In this document: positions 39,101 to 50,199 of the stretch, piece by piece | Layout of the letters: the number at the start of each line of letters is the position of its first letter | Position numbering within the stretch: the first letter of the stretch is position 1 | Origin: Mytilus edulis | Lineage: Eukaryota | Assembly: GCF_963676685.1 (NCBI RefSeq) | Contig: NC_092350.1 | Span: forward strand, 83,762,001-83,826,000 | DNA: 64,000 nt | Reading direction: 5' to 3' | The notes under the pieces: model-generated | Database searches by the model: none | The model's input: the letters and a program-made list of their open reading frames with translations, nothing else | Told to the model about the DNA's origin: nothing | Position numbers and translations under genes: made by a program

Positions 39101-42100
39101 TAGGTCACCGTAAGCCCATACCGCATAGTCAACAACTTCTGTTGTTTCTATTGTTACTTCAACCTAATCACAACGCTTTATATAAAATTGATCACGTTAT
39201 TAAATATCATTTTTCATAAATTTTGGAATACCGAATTGAAATTTAATATCTGCAAATAAATTGGTAACAACTACAATGTGCTATATATATAGTTCTTAGA
39301 TAAAAGATTAAGATTTTGGAAAGCAATTGAAGAAAGTTAATTTCAGAATACGAATAATATTTTCAATTATCACGTTATACAACATATTTTTTAATTAGAG
39401 TATACTTTATCTTTTCGTTTTCACACAATGGTATTGTACCAGCATACACAGCATCTAGCAATACAACTATGTTAAAATCACTATTTGGAAAAGATTTTTA
39501 GAGAAATTTTGAATTTCACATGTACCCCTATAACATGCCTAGTATAGACTTTTTTAAAGAATCACAAACCCGTCGTACCCTCCTTTGGTATTGACAAATA
39601 AGATTTAAATCTCATGTCTTTATACTAGACCCATGTACCAAAACTTAGAATTAAAATAATGCATTGTTGACAGAGAGATACAAGTCTGTCTCTTTGTAAT
39701 TGTAATAGTTGAATGTAAATGTTGTAATTAAAAAGCAATACTTAAATATCGAAACTACTCCAACAAAATCAAGGTAGGCGCCATGATTGAAGGTGCAGGG
39801 AAAAATAACCTCCGTAGAAAAGAGAATCCCAATGCAAATAAGATTGCTTACAAAATATCTTTATATATTATAAGGAGTTCCCTTTGAAATCACTCAAACA
39901 CAACTTCATACATATAAGCTAAAAACAAAATTGAATGTAACACGATTGAAAAAATGGGATATACATGTATAATTTTCATGGAAATGATACTTACTTATGC
40001 TTATATAAATTCAGACGATGTCAATCACATAGTCTTTTAAATTCTATACAGTACTTCAAAGGATAATTCTAAATTACATTGGATCCCAATTTGCAGTAAA
40101 AACATTTTTTTCAAATGTTTCCGGGCCAAATTTACAAGTTGAATAGTTACATCATTATTGTTATAGTATTGTTTCTACAAATAAACTCATCACATATACC
40201 AGGATTAAATTTTGTATTTAGGCCGAAGGTTCGTTTCGTCTAAAAAATACTCACCAGTGACGCTATATTTTAAAAAGGTTAAAAAGGCCAAATAAAGCAC
40301 GAAGTTGAAGAGCATTTGAGGACCAAAGTTCCTTAAAGTTTTTGCCAAATACAGCTAATTATATTGTCATGTATTCCTGAGGTAGAAAAGCCCTAATTTT
40401 TTTTTAAATCAAAAGTTTTGTAAACAGTTATAAATTTATAAAGTATGACCATACCAATGATGGAGTGTATCAATTGCACAATGATCTTAGTTATTCAACT
40501 ACTGTATCAGTATTCTTTCATACTCAAGTTGTAAGTTCGAATGATGCTAGGTACTAGGATTGTCAGTTATTATCAAGCTGTCAGTCACGAATGGTTCAGT
40601 AGTACGGTATATTTGTTTATGTACTCGCTAATAATATGTTTATTCGGTTATTGATGTTTAGACACCAGACTAGTCGTCTAATATGTAACGTTGTTTTTTG
40701 GATTAAAGTCAGATTGTGACATTTGGACTAACTGTGTATGCACGTGGCAGATGATACATGCATATCAGGAGATGAAAACCCTGAAGAACCTTGTAAATGA
40801 TTATACCATACCTGACTATTCTAAAATAAAGGTACTTAATAACAGGTTTCATCTCTAGTGAAGTCAACCTTTCTTAACCATACCTGACATATGATACACG
40901 TTACAATCAGTCCAAAATATATCTGCAAATAGCTACTGAGCTGCTCATTATAGATTGCAGGACAGAAGTAAATACCGGGCTGTTCTCCGTCACATCCCAG
41001 CTATATAAAAATAAATTTTACTACAATTATAATGCATCAGATACAAAGTTTAACTTTAACTGTCTTCCAACAGATGTTTTGAATGTCATCTTTAGTAAGT
41101 CTTTTTGTTGTTGTTTTTTTTTTTCTGTTAAAAGTTTTGTTGTTCCGTCTTCATGGTCTTGGTACAAAATAGTACACAAAACAAAATATAGAAAACTAAG
41201 CTGAATGATATGAACCTAACTTAAAAAAATTAATGATCGCATATGCTTCATAAGGGTACGGACAACCCGTCGTGTTGCACAGGCTTGTACAAATTTTCAC
41301 TCATATATTTATTTGATAGTCAGTTTTAGTTAACCTCAACACCCGGACACTAGTGATGAGAGTAGGTCTACTTTTTTCAATAATAATTTTCTAAATCTTG
41401 GTGATTTATTGAATCTATGGTGGGATACTAGATTTTCATTTTTCACCATTGCAGTACAAGGAGATCGATTTTAATGTATGTTAGAACAATTAAAATCTTA
41501 CCTTTGACAGAAAATTTGGAAATGTATAGTAAAGATATGTAGATGATATATAACTCGAACCTGCTTCATAAGCGTGTATATAATTCATTAACGTTCCTCT
41601 CAGTTTTGACTTCTACAAATATAGATATAAAAAACAGTTTAACGAAATGGCAGTAATAAACTAGTAATTGGTTTGAAAGAGACCATATATATGCTTCCTA
41701 AAAAAATGTACAACGTAATGTAATGTGAATTAATATGTTTTTTTCTCTATACCTTTGTTCAACCTATTCGGTATAATTGAAATTACCTAATTCGGTAAGA
41801 TTAAGATTTTAACATACATTGTATCATTGAATATGAACCAATCAAATACATACTAGAAAGATGAAGGGGCCTGCAAAAGAAATCATACAGAATGTTATTT
41901 ATAGCTGTCCAAAGCCTGTAAGTCCGTTATTGTCGTTTGTTGGTGTATATCATGTTTGTTTTTCTTTAGTTTTTTTGGTGCATAAATATGGCCGTTAATT
42001 TTCTGTCTTGAAATGATTTACATTTGTTATTTGGGGTGATTTACATCTATCTTAGTTGTAGGTTTTATTTCATTGTTGTATGGCATTTGACAACCTATAC

Positions 42101-45100
42101 TTATAACGTCAATATCATTTTGTCCATGGAGGAAGGTTGTTTCCTTGACGATTATACCACATCTTCTCACACGTATTTATTTATGATGAAGTTGTGTTAG
42201 GTGGAAAGTTGCATTTTACATTAAATCAATGTTTTGGGTTTTTTTCATGGTTTTTATAGCACGATGGAACTTTGTTGTGTATGTCTTCATAGTATTAACA
42301 TAATAGTATCAACACTTACCTCATTGTATAATACAGCAAGGACAACTATGTATATACTGTATATCACAATCATCAATGATCTCAGTAAAACAGTCTGCAA
42401 TATTGAATCTGATAGGTAATACCTAATTTTTTAAGTGGATAATTTTTTCAGATACAAATTCATTGTTATATTATTATTTGCTTCTTTCTTCATTTCTTCC
42501 TAATTTCTGTTGGGTTCAATTTAAAAAATTCCAATAACCTCCGGTCTGTTTATGCACATTGTTTGTGTATAATAGTACGTTATGTACGGGTGGACCTACG
42601 ATACTAAAATGATTGGTTTTTATTAATTGACAATATTGATTGTTATAAAAGTAAATAATTTATAACTCATTCTATGTTCGAATAACTTTCTCGCGTATCG
42701 ACTCCATGGTCCTTCTAATAATTGATACTATCAAACCGTGTATATCTTTAATATTTGTATATCTTTTAGTTGCATTTTCCTGTAAGCGCATATCTAACTT
42801 CAAACTTAAGGTTGTTTTTCTATTTGTTAAATTTGTTAAATCGAAAACGTATATTGATCATGTAAACGAGAAAACCATCTCATATTATTATTGATTTAAC
42901 ATTTGTCAACCTACATCCTGACTTTATACGTTTAGAAATGAAAAAAAAATGTCAAGATCCCCGATTTGTTTATATGACAGATAAAATTGAAATGTATGTA
43001 CATGACTGTGTAAATCTTAAGATGTAAAAAAGAAATAAACAACGTTTTCATTCTAAACAACCAATCGCCATAATCGTTCGTACAAATCTTAACCCACATT
43101 TAACCTACAAATTGATATACCGTACTAAGCAGGGCTTACTATCGCTAACATCTGCTTTCTCCTACCAAAGGCTCCCCATATACCAACTACGCCAGTGAGC
43201 AGTTCCAGCACAAACACTCCAATAAGAGAAAACACAATTGCTTTCACCATTGTGCCAAGTGGCATGCCGGAAATTTCTTGCATATTTACGACTTTAATGA
43301 CGTCATCTTCTAAGATATCGTCACCAACTTTAATGTAGATTCCCATCATTATAAATCCAAAGGAAAAAGCCTAAAACGATTCATCAAACATTGCAAATCT
43401 TGAAATGGTGAACTAAGACACATTTTGATTAATTGATTGTTTAGTTAGTTAACGTTCAGTGCCAAATATTTCATGCATCTTTAGGGCAAGAACAAGTTGA
43501 CAAATGATGCTATAGATAGGTTTTATAAAAGAGGTTATCCGGGATTATGGTCGGGGAAATTTGGACTGCCTCTGGAAATGAGGGTATACATGTATTGGAC
43601 AGGAACAAAAACTGTGCTTTGCAGCAGGCCGCCTACGAAAAAGTTGTTCAAGCGTTCTAAACTTTCAAAGAGCGTGTCACTCTCTTTACAAGAAGCATCG
43701 GGTTTAGTGTCTTTGTTCCGACCAGACGTGGCTAAAAAATTGTACATCCCGAACAACCAAACGGACGCCCCACTTTGGCAAGCGTTTTACTACCGGTCTA
43801 AAAGAATACCAAGTGACCATATTTCTATTCCCAAATCATCCTTAGGGGGAAGACACATTTTTAAAATTGTCAGCGACTATGCATTTCAGCTAGACAACTT
43901 TTTCAATCTACTCCACTCTTATCCACCTTCGGATCCACAAGGCAATGAATTCAATTGGACGCAGTTCTAATTGACTGCGTCCAATCAAAAACGCCTTTAA
44001 GAAATCCCGTGTAAAGGTATAGTTTGTAAATAAAAAATTAACACGCTCCATCTTCTTCTTCTGAATCGGACGAAATTTAGCAACAAGTTTTTTTTTAAGT
44101 TTTCATTCGACTAATTAGAGTTCTTGTGTACGTTACTCGCCTAAATGTTGATATATTAACATGATTAACGTAAATATTAAGTTTTGGTTTCACAAGATTT
44201 GTAAACATTAGACACAACAATTTTTCAAAACTGTGCACTGAAGAGATTCAATTGCAGCAATTAGTGAAGGATGGTGTAACCAGAATCGAAGATGGCTATA
44301 AAGATCAAATGAAAGTTTCACTTTATAAACTTTTATATTCGAGAAAAAAAATCTTGATTAACCAGCATTCTGTTCCAGCACACAGGCATCGAACTATCAG
44401 TCATACATTTTGGCGGTTTTTCCGATTATCGGTAACAACCACAGACTATAATATAACACATTTTCGGCATTGAATGTTCAATTTGCATGAACGAAAAAAA
44501 ACGCTTACGGTACTCTCGGTGATTTAAAGGGAAATCACACTATTTATACTACTAATAATAATTCATTGAAATTTTGCATGTAGACAGATCATACTTATTA
44601 CGATATTTTAGGCTAACAAAATTTTGGGGTTACCGATGTTGTTTTCGAGATATGACGTCATCAAAACTTAAAGAATCGCGTTATACCAAAATATAGAAAT
44701 AGCGCTGTAAATTGCTTTAAAATGGCAAAATTATTGAAAAACGATTTTAAACTGGAATTTCAAATACAGTCAAATGTTATTTGTACCTTAAACACATTTA
44801 ATTGTCTCTGTTTCCTTATTTTTGGAGGCCTTTGGACATTTCCCGCCATTTTTAGTTGCTTTTTATAATAGATTTTTCTTGAAATAAAAAAAATCTACTA
44901 ATGTTTTTCCCTTCAAACTTATGCATAAGTTGCAGCTTCAGGGAAGATTTTAAAAGCATAAATAAAAAATGGGGGTCACCGATGTTTTAAATCCGTTAAA
45001 ACGGAAATAATCTTATCGTCGAATTTTGGCGGGAACTATAAACTTTTCTGTTAACGTTATAGAACGACGTTGCTGGCATAACAGCATTTCTTGCAACGCT

Positions 45101-48100
45101 TGGGCTGAATTAAAATATAATAACGATATCATGATTGAACATTTTTTTAGGTATTTTGATTATTCATTAATATTTTTATCAATCTATCGAATCGTTAAAT
45201 ATAGATACAGTAACAATGATTTTATTGTAAAGTAATTTTTAAAGTTGAAGTCATCTTTAGTATTTCTTAATTGCATTTGTTGTATGGGAAAAACGAATGT
45301 TTGACTCCGATGATGCCGTATTATGCAAATAAGTTTCGGCTTCCAGGTAAAGAATCTTCTATCTCAGAAGACCGAACGAAGGTATCCGTGCTAGAAAGTA
45401 ACACGTTCTTTTTAGACTGCAGACAGAATAATTTCACGAGACTGTCCATTCGCACCGTGTAGATAAAACCTAAAATGCCGTGTTTAAAATGTTAATAAAA
45501 ACTATTTCCGTAAGGAATTAAAAAATGGTTAACATTAATTTTCCGTAATTACACAACGCTTCATAAGTCAGTTATTTGAACTGTGGAAACCAATTTTTTG
45601 TCTGAGTTCTATCATCCCGCACCCATTTTTCATACATAATTTCGTGTTCATTGTACATAATATGTTCAGTGTTCATCGCCTGGGTATGAAAGCTTTATGT
45701 ATTACTTATATATATGATATTTCCGTTCGATTATTCGCGCAACCTTGGTACGTTATAAGAAATACAATGCATCTGATAATTAGAGCTAATACAGATAAAC
45801 AATAAAAGACACATCGTTACATTTGTATATTGATATCAGGAACATATAATGTTCCAAGTTGATATGTAATAAATAAATAATAAACGGAACTAGATTTTTT
45901 TCTTGTTCTGTTACATCTTTCCGTGTTTCTGTGGAAAAGTTATATATTTTATCTAACTCTTTTTTTTTATCAGATGACAAGATTTGTAGACATTTTAATG
46001 AGTTCGAGTTCCAGTTAGATTTTGAGTTGAAGTTCGAGTATCTTTTGAGTTCGCATATTAACTCGAATAAGAGTTCTAGATAAAGCCCGAGTTCCGCTTA
46101 GAACTTCCAAGTTATAGTATTACTGTGAGATAGTATGAGCAATTTTGGTAAGAGTTAAAATTTTGAGATCCGATATTATTGATGGTGAGATGTTAATAAA
46201 TTAATATTGTATTATTGTATAATATCCGATGAAATTAAGAGAAAGATTGCTGTTTCTATTTTCTGTTGGTGCACCTCTTTTTCTTTGAATGTATATTCTT
46301 CTATCACATTTATGTTTTAATATGGTATATATACTTTTGTTTCCCAATACAGATTAATAATAGGTCATTTGAAAATAACTGATTAAAATTTCCATCTAGA
46401 TACTAGCTTTTAATCATGATAAACAAGCTTCAGTCCAAGTTTGGTACAAATCCAGAATAGTATAAGAAAGTTATTAAAATTTAAGTCAATGTATTGTATC
46501 ATGGTAGAAAGCCTAGGTCTATTTATTAGTTAAATACGGAAAAAATGGATATTCTTTTTTCAAAATTTACTTCTGGATACTATCTTATGATCATAAACAA
46601 GCTTCTGTCCAAGTTTGGTAGAAATCCAGAATAGTTTATGAAAGTTATTCAAATTTCAAAAACTTTAACCACAGAGTGAATATTCGTGGACGCCGACGCT
46701 GACAGAATGTAGGATCGCGAGGTCTCTCTTTTTCGACTAAAGTCGAAGGCTCGACAAAAATTGTTGTCCTTTTCAGTCATGATCGGATTCCGACAATCTC
46801 TATATGTCACTGTTTTTTGAAAGGCAAGTGATCACATTGAGAGATATGAACACGCACCTACATCATTCTGGACTACTAGTTTTTGTTTTGTTTTTCCCCG
46901 TCTTTTTCTTAATTTTTTCAAATATTTCAGTGGCAAATATTACACGAAATTCAACACAAAAACATTTTTCTAAATGAGATGAATAATCTTTTACAAGACG
47001 GACCCTGGTGTGATGGTTACAGTTTAGCACTCTGAAAGATATGTTACTATACATAAATACATGTATTTGTGCGTTAAATATTTCTCTTGTCGGTGACTTG
47101 TAAAGCCAAATATACAGTGTGGAACTTTTGTTGTGGTGGTCATCAATAGGACCAAAATAACTAGACATAGTGTTTGATATTCCCATATTGCTATGGCGTC
47201 TAGCGGTCATATGTTTTAATCTGCTGGTCGTACAATTTGCTACAGTTTAAAGAAATACAACAAGATATATTTTGTTTGGTGCTTAAATAATGTAAGCCTT
47301 TACATAGCATTAAAGAAAGATTGAGTATGATTTACTTTATAAAACGGTGCTAAATTTTCATTGATTTCGACAGCAAGCAACCGATGTAAAATTTTGTATG
47401 CTTCTTACAGTGATTTTCAAATGGCGTTATTCTTAAATAACGTTGAATATTTCAACAAATATACGATTACTCTAGAAATCACTCGTGTTCATGTATTTGT
47501 GCTCCACCTCCCCAAAAGATAAAGAAAAAAATAGAGGGAAAGAGAGACGTAATATACCAAAGGAATATTTAAGGAAAGATGGATGACACTTGGATAATTT
47601 CTGTCGTCACATGTGAAATAAATAATATTTCAAACACTTCACACATTAATGGCTAGTGGCAAGTTAAATACATATTCAGAACTAGAACATTGACTTATAA
47701 AGTTTGACCCTGCTTTGTATAATCCGACAGGCTGAGCCGGATAAATACAAATGTGAAATGAAGTTTTGATGAATTGTTTATACATGTATAGTATAGAATA
47801 AAATTGAGAATGGAAATGGGGAACGTGCCAAAGAGACAACAACCCGACCATAAAGCAGACAACAGCAGAAGACTATATATAGTAATGACGTTTCATGTGA
47901 AAACTTACAGTCGACAGAAACTCCTTGTTCTTGTTTACGTCCCTATGGTGGACAGAAAACTACAAGTTCTGGAAGCTAAAATTGAGAATGGAAATGGGGA
48001 ATGTGTCAAAGAGACAACAACCCGACCATAGAAAAAACAACAGCAGAAGGTCACTAACAGGTCTTTAATGTAGCTGTACGTTTACATGCTGTTTCTCTTG

Positions 48101-49293
48101 GTAATAATATATTGTTATTTTTTTCCGGAAAATATACGCTGAATCCCACATACCGCATCGCGACGATACGCTGCCAACACCTGGGTTACACTAATGACTG
48201 GACGATTGTCCGGATTGTGACAGGATATTCACCGGAACTTTCTTGTTATTTGATAGATTATTTTAATATTTGAATACCTTAGAGATAAAAGACTATTTTT
48301 AATGAAAATCAAACAAAAATAGTTTAAAAAATATTTTTGAGCAAATAACAATTTACTGGACGGATTTCACTCTATGTACGCTTTACGTATATTGAACTGA
48401 TCGACAAAAAATGATAATATCTCTTTTGATTTACAATATTTTTTCATACCACTAAGAAATCTGCGAGATTAATAGTTATCTTATATGAACATTTAAACTT
48501 TATAGTAAAACAAATTGTTTTTCTACAACAACAAAAATTGACCGGACGTATTTCATATTCGCCAAGTTACGTGTAATTTTTATTATATTGAACTGATCGA
48601 CAAAAAGTTTTAATATTTCTTTTGTTTTACAATATTTTTTCATACAACTACGAAATCTGCGAGATCAATAAATATTTTATTTGAAATTATATAAACTTTA
48701 CAGTAAACTTAAAGGTTTTTTTTAATACAAAAATGAGTTGACTGAGCGGACGGTAACTCATATCAAGACCATATCAAGACCACTATCGGCTATTTGTGTT
48801 GCCATACATTGTGATTGTGTCCATTTCAAATAGCATTTTCATTGTTGCACTTAAATCAAAACGTGGTTTGCTTTCTTCTGCTTGAGTGAAACGTCCCTTC
48901 GAGCGGGCCGCCATTTTAGAAATTAGCAACCACTGCGACGGAATCGAAAACGGCGACGTCATAATACGGCCACGACACTATAGCGGCGCCGAGAGCGATG
49001 TGTATAAACAATAGTGTGATTTCCCTTTAAGGTAACAGCCTGCAGTATTTTTCTTCGATATAGGTTTTGCTTAGTATATCTAATGTAGAAGACTTCTTGT
49101 GGTATAAGATTGTTTGCAATAATTTTAATTTTACATTTGCTTCAAGAAGAATTGAAAAATAATATACCCTAATATATTATTAAATTTATCAACAAATGAC
49201 CTTCAAAATGTATTTGCTTACCTTAGTTATTATGGATGCTATCAGAATAATATTTACTGAAATAGTCAAAGGACCTCTTTTTATAGTAGCCAT
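20971..49293 (-). CDS. Gene B: complete triple-tetraspanin, ~12 TM, 844 aa, 20 coding exons
   Basis: Exons (minus): 49293-49222, 43370-43140, 42394-42320, 41612-41502, 41000-40884, 38951-38797, 36502-36457, 36151-35921, 34520-34446, 33914-33810, 32654-32484, 31211-31128, 30091-29925, 28094-28049, 27455-27219, 25754-25680, 24748-24620, 24033-23842, 22556-22473, 21102-20971. Total 2535 nt, ATG to TAA, no internal stop, all introns GT-AG. Exons 1-7 match gene C and exons 8-20 match gene A. The acceptor of exon 7 is purine-rich, so that junction is the least certain. Confidence 0.85.
21897..22275 (+). repeat. Dispersed repeat family 'aagaagatgtggtatgattgccaatgagacaact...'
   Basis: Longest copy at ~53524-54080 (+). 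Others near 13501, 19931, 20221, 37136 and 39021 (+), and 1878-2180, 32670-32920, 41910-42170, 52870-52955 and 53205-53480 (-). Confidence 0.85.
22473..22556 (-). CDS. Gene B exon 19: module 3 TM4
   Basis: ttgcag|GCDTAIINRLESYSVPFFVFISIAITAQ|gtacga, 84 nt. Confidence 0.92.
22979..23682 (+). mobile_element. Non-LTR retrozyme: tandem dimer of a 353-nt unit with type I hammerhead
   Basis: Two near-identical units. Equivalent GTC cleavage sites at 22989 and 23342 give a period of 353 nt. One complete hammerhead at the junction and half hammerheads at both ends. Confidence 0.88.
23305..23348 (+). ncRNA. Type I hammerhead ribozyme, intact core
   Basis: gcgtca CTGATGA gtctt-acg-aagac GAAA cgcgcg TC^ tggcgt, predicted cleavage after 23342. 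Confidence 0.85.
23842..24033 (-). CDS. Gene B exon 18: module 3 CCG/PxxCC exon
   Basis: acatag|AKCCGVSTEVFALFGTSNWRYQADSNSQYIPVQCCKSQTEVYPYGSEYDFNCTHSLLSGYYHDQ|gtaagt. Confidence 0.93.
24620..24748 (-). CDS. Gene B exon 17: module 3 large-loop helices
   Basis: ctaaag|ADTDIEHRISIKYVNSHYTYMFSHASGHYDRETSLSWNTLFVK|gttcgt. Confidence 0.9.
25680..25754 (-). CDS. Gene B exon 16: module 3 TM3
   Basis: attcag|NVGLWCFMTVVNLVQIGLWKEFMSQ|gtaaat, 75 nt. Confidence 0.92.
27219..27455 (-). CDS. Gene B exon 15: module 3 TM1, small loop, TM2
   Basis: tttcag|ICNIGTLGLAIYVRYDSVFGNIDIQALLSEF...SKWKRLQMFI|gtaagt, 237 nt. Confidence 0.92.
28049..28094 (-). CDS. Gene B exon 14: module 3 TM1 start
   Basis: ttttag|(R)SKTSLLHFILYGIVL|gtgagt, 46 nt. 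Confidence 0.88.
29925..30091 (-). CDS. Gene B exon 13: linker between modules 2 and 3
   Basis: ttatag|IIGFLFANKEYSL...SKTIILRKIFGGIQQFFINSWK(R)|gtgaaa, 167 nt, phase 2. Confidence 0.88.
31128..31211 (-). CDS. Gene B exon 12: module 2 TM4
   Basis: ttttag|TCTGKIVFKTKMFIGWFLGIVSVQIIIE|gtagta, 84 nt. Confidence 0.9.
31977..32248 (+). mobile_element. 5'-truncated SINE with 13-bp TSD
   Basis: TSD tatct(t/g)ttcggtt at 31964-31976 and 32249-32261. Contains cttgcacgttaaaga, a conserved SINE central-domain-like motif. Nested in another repeat. Confidence 0.7.
32484..32654 (-). CDS. Gene B exon 11: module 2 CCG exon
   Basis: atgtag|LQCCGVFWFSDTSFGGIYEYQFCCKNAHESRMDAGSYYTTSSNNLDYFGSCGGYKRD|gtaagt. 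Confidence 0.92.
33810..33914 (-). CDS. Gene B exon 10: module 2 large-loop helices
   Basis: tttcag|IKDDMKDQLYIQQNGYYYNNTQNKLTENWNNMIMK|gtatgt. Confidence 0.92.
34446..34520 (-). CDS. Gene B exon 9: module 2 TM3
   Basis: tttcag|SSVLSTILHVPRLISLIVFSVLIQK|gtacgt, 75 nt. Confidence 0.92.
35255..35814. mobile_element. Degenerate Kolobok-like MITE
   Basis: ttaa|ggggcttgcgggt ... accctcgagcctcc|tcaa: imperfect TIRs with a TTAA-like target. Internal ggtcaccg motifs also occur in the 44528 element. Confidence 0.55.
35921..36151 (-). CDS. Gene B exon 8: module 2 TM1, small loop, TM2
   Basis: tttcag|MVGGGLLGLGLTLMGDNFIYDSSLKYIFYQIQFYNYYFYDILVGLAASSVV...WRKSSAFLIT|gtaggt, 231 nt. Confidence 0.93.
36457..36502 (-). 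CDS. Gene B exon 7: module 2 TM1 start (alternatively extends to an in-frame ATG at 36522)
   Basis: ttgtag|(R)SKSAFLSVILKITSI|gtgagt, 46 nt; homologous to gene C 62056-62101. Confidence 0.82.
38797..38951 (-). CDS. Gene B exon 6: linker between modules 1 and 2
   Basis: tcgcag|CFIIVAVEYTYRKLEFKEKKSRSTDNKYYLLFSLKHGIFKNLLMSAKDNWQ(R)|gtaatg, 155 nt, phase 2. Confidence 0.9.
40884..41000 (-). CDS. Gene B exon 5: module 1 reduced Cys loop and TM4
   Basis: atatag|LGCDGEQPGIYFCPAIYNEQLSSYLQIYFGLIVTCIICQ|gtatgg. Confidence 0.9.
41502..41612 (-). CDS. Gene B exon 4: module 1 large-loop helices
   Basis: ttgtag|KSKLRGTLMNYIHAYEAGSSYISSTYLYYTFPNFLSK|gtaaga. Confidence 0.85.
42320..42394 (-). CDS. Gene B exon 3: module 1 TM3
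   Basis: ttgcag|TVLLRSLMIVIYSIYIVVLAVLYNE|gtaagt, 75 nt. Confidence 0.92.
43140..43370 (-). CDS. Gene B exon 2: module 1 TM1, small loop, TM2
   Basis: ttttag|AFSFGFIMMGIYIKVGDDILEDDVIKVV...GIWGAFGRRKQMLAI|gtaagc, 231 nt. Confidence 0.93.
43427..43849 (-). mobile_element. SINE-like retroposon with 12-bp TSD
   Basis: aagacacatttt at 43415-43426 and 43850-43861. Minus-strand 3' tail ...atgcatgaaatatttggcactgaacgttaac..aacaatcaattaatc. Confidence 0.75.
46370..46760 (+). mobile_element. Helentron/DINE-1-like non-autonomous element fragment
   Basis: Internal repeat ataaacaagcttc.gtccaagtttggta.aaatccagaatag present twice; terminal hairpin ttcgac-taaa-gtcgaa followed by ggctcgacaaaaa. Confidence 0.55.
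48350..48730. repeat. Tandem duplication, ~195-bp period
   Basis: tatattgaactgatcgacaaaaa...tttacaatattttttcatac..cta.gaaatctgcgagat at ~48388 and ~48584. Confidence 0.8.
49222..49293 (-). CDS. Gene B exon 1 (first coding)
   Basis: aaaATG MATIKRGPLTISVNIILIASIITK|gtaagc; matches gene C MVKVERGRITISANIILTALVITR. Confidence 0.88.
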
Positions 49294-50128
49294 TTTAGGA
49301 TATATATATTGGTTTATTAAACGATAGCTCATAAAAATGATTTTGTTGATTACAAGATTTAAAAATGTTTTATTTCAAAATCCATTGAAGCATTATAGGT
49401 ACACATAATAGATTCATTTAACTTCGGTCTATTTAAATATTCAAAACTTGATTTGATGTGATTATATATTTATATATATATATATATATGTTACCTGGTG
49501 TAAAGATAATATGCCTTCAACCTAGGACATATCTATCAGAGCATTTAAACTGATACATCTTATATTTTATAGTTATAGTTTATTCAGAGTCAACGCACAT
49601 GTTCATTTACGTTACATCGCCGTTTGTACGTGAGAATTTTGTTTCGTATAATTTTATTAAAATATTTGAAGTTAGGCGCCTTTAGAAGGGTTTGTTCTGT
49701 ATGCGCATTAACGTACATCGATGCATTACGTATACATGATATACATGATATATACTCATCAAACCGCGGTCAAAACTGCATACATTAGTATTTGCATTCT
49801 GTATTATTTTTTTCTATTCAATTTGAAGTTAAATTATAGTTGACTATATTAAATGGAAAGATCTGCTTTTTGTATATGTTAAGGCCAGAAATCACCTTTA
49901 AATTCAAGCCATAAAAAACAAAGACCAATAATATATTTAAGATTCATTGTTCAATTTTAAAAGAAATAAAATACAAATAGAATGTCAAATTATTAGAAAT
50001 TCTTATAAATTAAGGAATGTATCTCCCTCACGCAAAGCTCTGATTCCTTTTACGGATTTGGCTAAACTTTTTGATTATAGCTCTACATCTTTTATATCAG
50101 CTTTGGATTTCAAATATTTTGACCACGG

Positions 50129-50172
50129 GCATCACTGAAGAGACATGTATTGTCGAAATGCGCATCTGGTAC
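50129..50172 (+). ncRNA. Type I hammerhead ribozyme (family 2), intact core
   Basis: gcatca CTGAAGA gaca-tgtat-tgtc GAAA tgcgca TC^ tggtac, one stem I mismatch. Confidence 0.72.
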
Positions 50173-50199
50173 AGAAAATTTGGAACCGTTAATTTTATT

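Larger units (their letters stand above)
44528..49026. mobile_element. Non-autonomous Kolobok-like DNA transposon, 4.5 kb, with nested insertions
   Basis: TTAA|agggaaatcacactatt ... aatagtgtgatttccct|TTAA: 17-bp perfect TIR, TTAA TSD, purine (AG) termini. No transposase ORF seen. Confidence 0.8.

Noticed and set aside
43497-43970. Longest ORF in the track (157 aa, +)
   Set aside because: Lies mostly antisense within a TSD-flanked SINE in gene B intron 1, starts at TTG and has no recognisable motif.
36457-49293. Treating module 1 and modules 2-3 as two separate genes as the primary model
   Set aside because: Gene C shows the same phase-2 linker exon followed by a 46-nt exon with canonical splice sites, and the same junction design joins modules 2 and 3. 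Kept only as a possible alternative isoform.
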